From positions 1-43,919 of IMG/VR virus record IMGVR_UViG_3300049004_000110: a DNA stretch of 43,919 nt. One strand, given 5' to 3'. Each line of letters begins with the position of its first letter. Positions within the stretch are counted from its first letter, which is position 1. Origin of the DNA: a virus. Its lineage: Duplodnaviria > Caudoviricetes. The position numbers were made by a program, and so were the translations under genes. Below the pieces are notes generated by a model, which saw only the letters and a list, made by a program, of their open reading frames with translations, had not been told where the DNA came from and did not search any database. Positions 19,796 to 27,583 of this stretch are shown in pieces.

Positions 19796-21525
19796 CAGAC
19801 GAACCCTCCCAGTCGCCGGAAGTCTTCGTCGCCATCGATGTCAGTGCCGAGCTCCTCGCAGCTGTAAAACGCAAAAGGCGAAAAGGACGGCGCAATCATC
19901 TCGGCCAGGCGCGCGGAGTTCAGCGCCATCCCACAGTGGTTCGCAACGCCCTTGATATAGGTGTCGATCACGCGGCCTTTTGCGTCGATCGACCGCTCCT
20001 TGCGGAGGTTCTTCACGTGCGTCGCGAAGATCGCCATTTCCGGCGCGCTCTCGATGTACGGGATCCGCAGGAAGTGATCGCCGGTGAAGTCGCTGGTCGT
20101 TTCATCGAGCGACTCGTCGCGATCGATTTTGACGCAGCGGTAGATCTTCTTCTCGTGATCCTCGTCGACGACGCGGAGCGTGCTCCCATTCTGGAAGTCC
20201 TGCAGCGCGACGATCTTTGGAAAGCGATACGCCAAAGCGCGCATGACATTCGTGTGCGGTTTTTTATCGGCCACGAGTTGCACGATGCCGAGCTCACTGA
20301 TCGCTTTCGAGATCTCCTCGAGCGCGTGATCACTGTCGATCTCCCGCACCGAAACCAGGTGCGGATCGCCAGACGGCATTCGCTCGTAGCAGACGAAGTG
20401 ATAGAGATCACCCGCGTCCACGCCGGCGTAACGAGGGAGCGAACCTTGGCCGCGCCGGAGCAGCTTCACCTCGCCGGACTGCATCCGATTCAGCTCGACA
20501 TCGGAGATCGGCTGCATCGCGCCGCCGTCGGGAATGGCGAGCACCGAGCAGCGGAACTTTGCCTTCTGCGATTTGGTGCGGCACTTAGTCCACCGATTCC
20601 AGATGTAATCGGCACTCATCGCCGCGACAGCGAGCGCGGAAAGGCGGTACGAAATCTTGCGCTGCTTCGCGCGCTGCGGATACGTGGCGACCCAACGGCC
20701 TCCACTCACGTCGATCCGTCGCTTGCAGCTCGGACATACACGAATGAAGAGATCGCCGACCGGCGCCGGATTCGGTGCGACGCACTCCGGGAACTCCTCT
20801 TCGAGACAGATGCCCTTGCGTTTGCAGGAGCGATTCGCACAATCAAAAAGGCGCTTGTGCTGCGTTCCTTCCTGATACCGAAGGTCGATGCCGGCGCCCG
20901 GCGCGTAGCCGGCCGAGAAGTACACGGCCGCGCGCAGATCGGAGTGCGCGACGCGGCCCTGAGACCATTCCATGTTCTCGGCCGGCAGCATGTCCACCTC
21001 GTCGTAGAGGAGGACGTCGAGCGGCGTGGAGATCGCGCCGATCATCGATTCGAGACCGACGATGTAGAAGTACTTGCCGTCGAATTCGCGGATCGTCGCC
21101 TGGTTCACGACGTCGCGATCCTTCATCCGCGCGGAAAGGTAGGTCGACTTCGAGATCATGCGCTTCACGCGCGTGCGTCCCACCTTGTTCGCGAACTTAT
21201 CGGTCGGCAGGAAGTAGCCGACGTTGCGGCCGAGATCCGCCGCCAGGTGAAGCGCTGGCCCGAGGCCGATCGTAGTTGTCGCACCAATCTGCTCGGCTTT
21301 CAGCAGCGCGATCTCCGAGTCGCGCAACGGGCGCCGGAACACGTCGTCCATCTGTTGCAGGATCTCGGCGAAGGCTTCGTGCCCCTCGATCGACCACGGC
21401 CCGTTGTCGGTGCTGATGTCGTCTTCCAGAAAGAGCTGCAGCGATGACGGCCGCGGCGCGGCCTTCTCGGCGCCGGGAAGTGCGCGCCGAAGCGAGTTCG
21501 CCAGATCGATCGCGTGGTCGGCCAT
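19795..21525 (-). CDS. Terminase large subunit, lambda GpA family
   Basis: KAEQIGAT (GpA-type Walker A), YFLPT, STPLDVLLYDEVD, Cys cluster (CANRSC..CPSC), GRWVA, GVDAG. Confidence 0.85.
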   Translation of the reverse strand: MADHAIDLANSLRRALPGAEKAAPRPSSLQLFLEDDISTDNGPWSIEGHEAFAEILQQMDDVFRRPLRDSEIALLKAEQIGATTTIGLGPALHLAADLGRNVGYFLPTDKFANKVGRTRVKRMISKSTYLSARMKDRDVVNQATIREFDGKYFYIVGLESMIGAISTPLDVLLYDEVDMLPAENMEWSQGRVAHSDLRAAVYFSAGYAPGAGIDLRYQEGTQHKRLFDCANRSCKRKGICLEEEFPECVAPNPAPVGDLFIRVCPSCKRRIDVSGGRWVATYPQRAKQRKISYRLSALAVAAMSADYIWNRWTKCRTKSQKAKFRCSVLAIPDGGAMQPISDVELNRMQSGEVKLLRRGQGSLPRYAGVDAGDLYHFVCYERMPSGDPHLVSVREIDSDHALEEISKAISELGIVQLVADKKPHTNVMRALAYRFPKIVALQDFQNGSTLRVVDEDHEKKIYRCVKIDRDESLDETTSDFTGDHFLRIPYIESAPEMAIFATHVKNLRKERSIDAKGRVIDTYIKGVANHCGMALNSARLAEMIAPSFSPFAFYSCEELGTDIDGDEDFRRLGGFV

Positions 21526-22208
21526 CAGCGGCTGACCTCCGCATACGACTTGTCGATCAGTTCGACGACGATCTTCGCGATCTCCGGTTTGCTGCGCAGC
21601 TTTTCGTCGAGACTGCGCTTGAGCGCCGTCATTGCCGCTCGGAACTTGCCGCCGGCCACGGTTGCGGCGCGTTCGCGGCTCGCCGATGAGGACTGGAGGC
21701 GTGAGTGCGCGAAAATGACGCTGAGCGCGTTCTCGTCGAGCGAATCTTTATCGTGTCCGAGCAGGAACTCGAAGAGCTTCGTTTCGGCGAGATTCGAGGT
21801 CGCCTTCTCCAGTACCAGGATCGTCTCCGGATCTTCAGATGCGAGGATCCGCGCCTTCTCAAGAAGGATCTTCATCTCGCGTCGGCGAACGTCGAACTTC
21901 AGTCCCCACCGCGAGAGCGCCGATCGCGACGCGTAAAAGCCCGTCGCCTTCAGTCGTTGTTCGATGTCCTCATACGTCGGCTTCGGCACTTCGAGCAGTT
22001 GAGTCTCGAGCCAATCGGCAAAGCCAACCTGCTGGTCGATGGTGGAGCGATTGCGACGGCCGCGGACGGGCGGTCCATTCGGATTGCCGCGCGGCTTTTT
22101 CGAGCGCGGCTTCACCGTCTTGAGCGTTCGCTTCGCGCGCTTCGTCGCCGTGACCTTCTTCGTCACGCTGCGCGGTGCTCCTTCCGGTCGGTTCCGCTTC
22201 TTGATCAT
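21525..22208 (-). CDS. Terminase small subunit (Mu gp27/DUF3486)
   Basis: RSTID....DWL...L....TYEDI...L...GFYASRSALSRWG pattern. Confidence 0.8.
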   Translation of the reverse strand: MIKKRNRPEGAPRSVTKKVTATKRAKRTLKTVKPRSKKPRGNPNGPPVRGRRNRSTIDQQVGFADWLETQLLEVPKPTYEDIEQRLKATGFYASRSALSRWGLKFDVRRREMKILLEKARILASEDPETILVLEKATSNLAETKLFEFLLGHDKDSLDENALSVIFAHSRLQSSSASRERAATVAGGKFRAAMTALKRSLDEKLRSKPEIAKIVVELIDKSYAEVSR

Positions 22209-22486
22209 TCGGTATCCGACTCCCCATCCTCGTCATCGGAGGCTGGCACCGCGGCCAGCACCGGCTTGAATTTGAAGTGGCGCGCGAGCTCGATCTGAAG
22301 GTTGTTCATCATCATCAGGGCAGCGCGAATATCGCGGCGCAGAGCGCCCAGTTGTTTGTGCGTGACGTAGTTCCTCGCCAAGTCGAGCCTGATCTTGTCG
22401 ACGTCCTCGCGCAGCCCGCGCAGGAACCAGCCGATGACGGCGATCGCCACCCCTGCCACCATCTGAATCAGCCAATCCGGAATCAC
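22205..22486 (-). CDS. Small membrane protein with N-terminal TM and coiled coil (lysis-region, Mu gp25-like position)
   Basis: AGGAG RBS; hydrophobic N-terminus; LARNYVT motif. Confidence 0.65.
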   Translation of the reverse strand: MIPDWLIQMVAGVAIAVIGWFLRGLREDVDKIRLDLARNYVTHKQLGALRRDIRAALMMMNNLQIELARHFKFKPVLAAVPASDDEDGESDTE

Positions 22487-22502
22487 GTTGTTGGTCTCCT
22501 AT

Positions 22503-22682
22503 TCACTTCCACATCAGCTTCACAACTGCACCGGCGGGAAACGCGAGCGCCGCAAGAGCACAGCGCGTGGAGAGGCGGACCGCAGCGTCGGAGTTTTGAT
22601 AGGCGGTCACGGCTCTGCCGATGAACGACACCTTTTTCGTCTCCACTTTTCGGGTCATGTCCAATCCACGCTCCGCGCTCAT
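22503..22682 (-). CDS. Small hypothetical protein (59 aa, hydrophobic C-terminus)
   Basis: Read by hand: MSAERGLDMTRK...AVVKLMWK; fills the gap in the operon. Confidence 0.35.
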   Translation of the reverse strand: MSAERGLDMTRKVETKKVSFIGRAVTAYQNSDAAVRLSTRCALAALAFPAGAVVKLMWK

Positions 22683-22694
22683 GCCGCGCGCGCG

Positions 22695-23570
22695 TCAGCG
22701 ACTTTGAGTCGATCCGCCACCGGCGCTTACAGCGACCCATCGATCGCCATCCACGACGACGCGACCCGGTCCGGTGTTCGCTTTGTCCACGGAAACGGCG
22801 AATGCTTCGAGCTGCTCGCGCCACTGCGCCGGCGGCTGCCCGGTCGTCTCCCACTGCTTCAGAAGGCGGAGCGTGATCGTTTCGCGAGTGACGGCGTCAT
22901 GGATCGCCAACTCGTGGGCGGTGTGAGGCCGGTTCGAATACCACGGCGACCATTGGGAGACGTCGATGGAAAACAGCAATTGATTGGCTCGCCCCCAGAA
23001 GAGCAGCGCGTCGTCGCGCGTCGCGTGAGCAGGCAAGGCGCACGGCCGTTCGAGCAGCGTTGCGGCGAGGTCGTATTCGGTGCTCGACCCGGCGGCGACG
23101 GCCTTCCGATACTCCTGCGCGTTGCACGGCGTGATGCCGGCTGAGTCGATGCTCGGAAGCTCACGCACCGTCTGATGAGGCTCACTCACCTTCTGGCGTG
23201 AAACGGTGAAAGACAGCCGCACCAGGCGCACCGCGTCCGACACCTTCACCGGCCCGCGCAGCGCGAGTCTCACGATGTGCCAGCGGTAGCTGGCCATATT
23301 GTGGGATCGGATGTCGGCCCCCACGAGGTTGGCCCATCGATTCCAATCGAGGAACGCCTTCTGCGAGTTGAAGCGATCCGATCGCGGTCCCGGCCACGTG
23401 CGGATATCCATTGCGCTGTCCGTTGCGATCAGAAGATCGATGCCGGCGCAGTCGTAGCCGGTTCCTGCGAGATTCGCGGGGTTGCATTTGAAGTCGTCGA
23501 CGTGCGTCTGGCCAAAGGCCGAAAGTGCGATGAAGATGACTGCGATGAGGATTCCGAAGTGCTGTTTCAT
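22695..23570 (-). CDS. Secreted hypothetical protein
   Basis: Signal peptide MKQHFGILIAVIFIALSAFG; AAGGAG RBS. Confidence 0.7.
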   Translation of the reverse strand: MKQHFGILIAVIFIALSAFGQTHVDDFKCNPANLAGTGYDCAGIDLLIATDSAMDIRTWPGPRSDRFNSQKAFLDWNRWANLVGADIRSHNMASYRWHIVRLALRGPVKVSDAVRLVRLSFTVSRQKVSEPHQTVRELPSIDSAGITPCNAQEYRKAVAAGSSTEYDLAATLLERPCALPAHATRDDALLFWGRANQLLFSIDVSQWSPWYSNRPHTAHELAIHDAVTRETITLRLLKQWETTGQPPAQWREQLEAFAVSVDKANTGPGRVVVDGDRWVAVSAGGGSTQSR

Positions 23571-23637
23571 TTGCTCTCCTTCTTGTTGATGTCCATCTCC
23601 TCGAGCGCGCGGCCGAGGTCCTCCCACCAGTCGTAAT

Positions 23638-24225
23638 TCACTGGCGTTCCCACGCGTCGTGCGGCACGGCCGCGGCTTGCCTGGACGCGTCTAGATCGCC
23701 GAACGGCGAGGCGGCCTGGCAGCGGCGCACGACGCGCTGCTCGTCGTTGTCCGCGATCCAGATGAAGCCGTGACGCGGATCGCGTTTGTCGTCGTGATCG
23801 CCCCACGTTGGATCGTCGTAGCGGAAGCGCACGCGTTGATCTGCGTCCTGCGCTACGACTTCGCCGGTGAGGAAAAGGCCGCGCGCCTGGCTGCGCTCAA
23901 AAAGGCATGCGCGATATGGCAAGCTCGCCGGCGCGATCGCGCAGCGCGTGAAGATGATCGCCGCGATCGCCGCGGCGATCGCCAGCGTCGGCGTAGCCGG
24001 CGGCTTGCCGAGGACGACCAGCTTGTCCGGAGATCCCGCGTCAGTGTTCGTGGTGAAGAAGGTGCGAAAGAGCACCGTCGCCACCATGCCGGCCAGCGTC
24101 AGCCACGGCGCCAGGTGCGCGAACTGCGGCGGCAGTTTGTCAGCGATCGAGGCGATGCTGATGATGCCGACGAGAATCGCCGTGACGTTGATCTTGCTGG
24201 AGAGAAAGTGCTTGTCGAGGTTCAT
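23638..24225 (-). CDS. Holin-like membrane protein with soluble C-terminal extension
   Basis: KHFLSSK then two TM segments, third hydrophobic segment ending in Cys. Confidence 0.5.
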   Translation of the reverse strand: MNLDKHFLSSKINVTAILVGIISIASIADKLPPQFAHLAPWLTLAGMVATVLFRTFFTTNTDAGSPDKLVVLGKPPATPTLAIAAAIAAIIFTRCAIAPASLPYRACLFERSQARGLFLTGEVVAQDADQRVRFRYDDPTWGDHDDKRDPRHGFIWIADNDEQRVVRRCQAASPFGDLDASRQAAAVPHDAWERQ

Positions 24226-24244
24226 TGATGTCAGTCCTGAAAAA

Positions 24245-24375
24245 CGTTCACGCCGCGCTGCGTGCGCCGGTCCATCCAGCTCCGCCGTGCGATCCCATCC
24301 AGTCCACCGCCCACGCGGCCCGAAGCGCCGCTACGCGAGCGGAGCGGCAGCGCAGCAGCAGCGGCGGCGCGAACG
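24245..24375 (-). ncRNA. Structured RNA element upstream of holin-like gene
   Basis: Closing stem CGUUCGCGCCGC/GCGGCGUGAACG, inner stems, cUUCGg loop, U-run after stem. Confidence 0.5.
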
Positions 24376-24381
24376 ATGTCG

Positions 24382-24852
24382 TTAGAGCGTGTTGGATTTC
24401 CGCGTCGCTGCCGCCTTCGCCTGTGCGGCGATCGTGTCGACGAACTCGCTGACGAGGACCTTTGCCGTCGCCTCGTCGAGTAGCGGCACACCATTCGAGG
24501 TCGCCGCTTTCACGAGGGCGGTCGAACCGCGGGCGACCAGCTCGTCGCGCACAGGTTTCCATGTCGCGGGATCGCTGGCCAGCGTGAACGTTCCGCCGTC
24601 GAGTGCAGGCGTGATGACATCCGCGTCGAGCTCCGCGAGCGCGAGCGAAGTCACGTTCGCCGGAATCCCGCGCTGCTGCAGCGCAACCGTGATGCCGACG
24701 CGGCCGATCGAACGTCCCACCTCGATCGCAGCGCGAATGTCCGGCGTGGTCGTCGCCGCCGGGAACGGCGACGGTGATTGACCGTTGTTCGAACAGCCCG
24801 CGATCGCGAACAGAGATGAGATGACGAGCGCGAACATCAGAAGTCGTTTCAT
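24382..24852 (-). CDS. Lipoprotein
   Basis: MKRLLMFALVISSLFAIAGC lipobox; GGGAGG RBS. Confidence 0.8.
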   Translation of the reverse strand: MKRLLMFALVISSLFAIAGCSNNGQSPSPFPAATTTPDIRAAIEVGRSIGRVGITVALQQRGIPANVTSLALAELDADVITPALDGGTFTLASDPATWKPVRDELVARGSTALVKAATSNGVPLLDEATAKVLVSEFVDTIAAQAKAAATRKSNTL

Positions 24853-24855
24853 GGT

Positions 24856-24916
24856 GTTGCCTCCCGAACATCCGGCCACCGGCTCCGCGCCGGCCGCCGG
24901 ATGTATGTGAGGCAAC
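24856..24916 (-). promoter_or_regulatory. Hairpin sequestering the lipoprotein RBS
   Basis: GTTGCCTC/GAGGCAAC and ACATCCGGC/GCCGGATGT arms; 3' arm includes the SD. Confidence 0.6.
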
Positions 24917-24919
24917 GAC

Positions 24920-25735
24920 CTACGGCGCGTGTGGCGCGGCCGGCGCAGCGACGAACTGCGGCAGCGTCGCTTCAGGAGCTCCGCCGCGGCTGTCGAACGT
25001 GAGCGCGATCGCGAACAACGACGCCGGCGTCGACGGTCCCCAATTCGGCAAAAGCGTCGTCACCTCGGCGCGGCCGACGTCGACGTCGGTCTCGATCGTG
25101 TACAGCGTCCAGCCATGCACGGGCACGCCCTGAATCTCCGGCCCGACTGGCGTTCCGTGTTTGTCGAACAGCTTGATGACCGCGACCAGGTCGTTCCCTT
25201 TCTCCGGCATCAGCGCGAGCTGCGTCTTTCTTGGATGCGTAGGATCTGTGCCGCTCTCGATGCCGTAGAAAACGTATTTGCCGCCACCGGCAGCGAGCGC
25301 GTTCGGCAGCGCGTCGATGCGCACGTTGTTGAAGTTGCCGTGATCGTCGGCGAACGTTGCGATCGTCCGGACGCGAGGAAACCCCGCGGTCACCTGAAGC
25401 GACACCACGCCGAGGCGAAGACCTGAGATCGACGTCGGCTGAGTGCAAAGATGCAGCGAAAAATCGCGGAGCAAGTCCGTCTCGTCTTTGGACAGATTCT
25501 CCGTGAAGAAAGGACCGACGGGACAATCTGAAGTGCGCATCGCGACGTCGCCGGCGCTGGCGTCGATCTTGACGTCGTCGTTCCAGTGATTGCCGGAGAT
25601 CGCCAGCACGTTGACCTGGCCGGCACTCGCCGGCGGAGTATCAGCCGCGAACGCCGCGGCCGCAAAAAGAGAGAGGCACAGCGCCATCACCAACGCTGTG
25701 CCTCGACCCACGAATCCCAAGAACCCTCGCTTCAT
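24920..25735 (-). CDS. Secreted beta-rich hypothetical protein
   Basis: GGGAGG RBS; signal peptide ending AAFA-A; upstream part of the 394-aa ORF is not convincing. Confidence 0.7.
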   Translation of the reverse strand: MKRGFLGFVGRGTALVMALCLSLFAAAAFAADTPPASAGQVNVLAISGNHWNDDVKIDASAGDVAMRTSDCPVGPFFTENLSKDETDLLRDFSLHLCTQPTSISGLRLGVVSLQVTAGFPRVRTIATFADDHGNFNNVRIDALPNALAAGGGKYVFYGIESGTDPTHPRKTQLALMPEKGNDLVAVIKLFDKHGTPVGPEIQGVPVHGWTLYTIETDVDVGRAEVTTLLPNWGPSTPASLFAIALTFDSRGGAPEATLPQFVAAPAAPHAP

Positions 25736-25837
25736 CACGCCCTCCCACCCGAGTTCCGACGACGCCGCCCGGCGACCGCCTTTCAGTTCGAAACAATCAG
25801 GTGGATACGGTAGGGCTTGACTCGCGGGGTGACCAGG

Positions 25838-25873
25838 CTTGTATCGACTCCAGCGCTTGTATCGGTTCCAGCG
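25838..25873. repeat. Two tandem 18-bp direct repeats
   Basis: CTTGTATCGACTCCAGCG / CTTGTATCGGTTCCAGCG (16/18). Confidence 0.85.
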
Positions 25874-25893
25874 ACACTTTTTTCGCCACTGGT

Positions 25894-26283
25894 TCAATTC
25901 GACTGTTGCAACGTGCTGCGCGCGATCGCGATGGCACTCTGCCGGAACCGTTCCTCCAGGAATCGATCGACGTCCTCGTCGCGGAAGCGGAGATCGCGTC
26001 GACGCGACTTCGGCGGCATCATCACGGTGCCATCGATCGGACACTTCAGCTTCCTGTTTTCGAAGCGCCGCGGCGCGCTCAGGCGCGAACGGCATTTCGC
26101 ACACCAGAATGATTTGCGCGACGGACCGTCGAGGCTCATGTCGACGCCGACGAGCTCCTGGCTTTCGAAGAAGGCCGCGACCTGGTCATCGGAAACGTTG
26201 AGACGCTTCGCGACGTCGCCGACCGTGCGCAGCGGCGCGATCAACCACGGCGACCGATCACTTCCCCCCGGAGTTCCCGCCAC
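25894..26283 (-). CDS. Xis/MerR-like HTH protein with inserted zinc ribbon
   Basis: LRTVGDVAKRLNVS..V HTH; CAKC..CPID insert; LRFRDEDVDRFL C-terminal helix; TACAAT 6 nt before GTG. Confidence 0.7.
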   Translation of the reverse strand: MAGTPGGSDRSPWLIAPLRTVGDVAKRLNVSDDQVAAFFESQELVGVDMSLDGPSRKSFWCAKCRSRLSAPRRFENRKLKCPIDGTVMMPPKSRRRDLRFRDEDVDRFLEERFRQSAIAIARSTLQQSN

Positions 26284-26353
26284 AATTGAATTGTAAACGG
26301 CAGAAGGCAGGTGCAACTATTTCAGTGCAGCAGCAGAGGTGTACACTTTTCGT

Positions 26354-26530
26354 ATGACTATGCGATTTCAGATCGAGTTTGATGCGAGCCGCGAGGACGA
26401 AGTGCGCGCCATCTGCGACGACAACCTGCTGCTGATTACCCAGGAAGGAACGGTCGACGACGCCGGCGGCGCTATCGGTAGCGGTGTCACGCCGCCCGCG
26501 CCGGATTTCAAAGCCGGCAAGGACCTGTAG
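26354..26530 (+). CDS. Small hypothetical protein
   Basis: TACACT 6 nt before ATG; GC3 bias. Confidence 0.5.
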   Translation: MTMRFQIEFDASREDEVRAICDDNLLLITQEGTVDDAGGAIGSGVTPPAPDFKAGKDL

Positions 26531-26531
26531 G

Positions 26532-26726
26532 TTGGCGGACTACCAGACAGGCGTCGACATCGAGGGGCTGGCTGATGCCGCGTTGAGCTTGCGGACACAT
26601 GACGGTGACGTGGTGTCGCTGTCCGTATCAGGATGGGAGGGCGAAGGCACCGTCACCCTGTCGAAAGAGAACGTGGAGAAGCTCGTCGCCTTCCTTGAAT
26701 CGTGGCTCGCTCGCCCGCGCGCTTGA
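26532..26726 (+). CDS. Small hypothetical protein
   Basis: TTG start 1 nt after previous stop; protein-like composition. Confidence 0.45.
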   Translation: MADYQTGVDIEGLADAALSLRTHDGDVVSLSVSGWEGEGTVTLSKENVEKLVAFLESWLARPRA

Positions 26727-26742
26727 AGATGAGCCAACCAAA

Positions 26743-27177
26743 TCAGTATTTCGACAGCGCTGCGCGCGCTTTCTCCGAAAGAGCGCCTTGCGCTTCTGTA
26801 TCCGTTTCGTGGATCACGGTCACTGCGTCGGCTGCCGCTGGATCGTCTTCCAGCCTGTCGAGAAAACGCACGATGGATGACTGGTTCGGAAAATTCGCGC
26901 TGATCCCACCCGCGTGAGAAACAGAGGTCTGAGTCTGCTGCCCGGTTAGTAGGAAGTAGCGAAAGCCATTTTCGAGCGTGAGCTCGGCTGCGTGGCGGAG
27001 CATAAACACCGATACGCGATCGTTTTGTGTGAAGCCGTTGCCTTGGAATCGAATCTGGTAGCTCCGCGGGCTCAGTTTCGTGTCGGAGTAACCGCCAGTC
27101 GCTCCGTGGCTCTGGTACGCCGTCGAGCAGCCGAAGGCGAGCACGAACATCGACACAGCCGTGATGAGACGCTTCAT
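26743..27177 (-). CDS. Lipoprotein (CC0125/CC1285-like)
   Basis: LAFGC lipobox; GGYSD, F.GNGFT, AAELTLENGFRYF; GGAGGAG RBS. Confidence 0.8.
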   Translation of the reverse strand: MKRLITAVSMFVLAFGCSTAYQSHGATGGYSDTKLSPRSYQIRFQGNGFTQNDRVSVFMLRHAAELTLENGFRYFLLTGQQTQTSVSHAGGISANFPNQSSIVRFLDRLEDDPAAADAVTVIHETDTEAQGALSEKARAALSKY

Positions 27178-27354
27178 CTGATACTCCTCCGCGTTATCTA
27201 CGGTTTTTTTGGTGGTGTGTAAGCAATCCTGACGAGATTTAGGGTAGGGGAAGTGCTCCCCAAACTCTCTCCTACGTGAAGGCGCCTTCCGTGTCTATAA
27301 CGGTGTTCCCGGCCGGCAATCCAGCCGCGATCGGTAACTGTCAGGAGGCGTTTC

Positions 27355-27531
27355 GTGTCCAAATCCAAGGTCCATCTTTCCGCAATTCTACTCGCAGTCA
27401 TCATCAGCAGCCATACCATCGCCGCCGCTCCGAGGAGCGATCCGGGCAATGGGTTCTTCTCCTGGGTTAAACAGATCGTGCGGCACCTGGTGCCGCTCGA
27501 TTTGATCGATCCCGTTTTGCCGAAACCCTGA
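27355..27531 (+). CDS. Secreted 58-aa pro-peptide (candidate signalling peptide)
   Basis: AGGAGG RBS at 27343-27348; MSKSKVHLSAILLAVIISSHTIAAAPRSDPGNGFFSWVKQIVRHLVPLDLIDPVLPKP; below ORF-track cutoff. Confidence 0.8.
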   Translation: MSKSKVHLSAILLAVIISSHTIAAAPRSDPGNGFFSWVKQIVRHLVPLDLIDPVLPKP

Positions 27532-27548
27532 TCAGCCTCAGAAAAGCG

Positions 27549-27583
27549 GTGGCCGCGGTCGCGTCGTTCACGGCCGCGGCCAC
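27549..27583. terminator. GC-rich hairpin between convergent peptide and TPR genes
   Basis: GTGGCCGCGG...CCGCGGCCAC perfect 10-bp inverted repeat. Confidence 0.55.

Noticed and set aside
19936-21447. Long antisense ORFs (also 30741-32147, 33026-33952)
   Set aside because: Typical high-GC shadow frames of terminase, MuA and MuB
25736-26104. N-terminal extension of the 394-aa ORF
   Set aside because: Overlaps the HTH gene and repeat region; RBS and signal peptide point to a start at 25735/25738
26354-26530. RiPP precursor-like small ORF
   Set aside because: No modifying enzyme or transporter nearby
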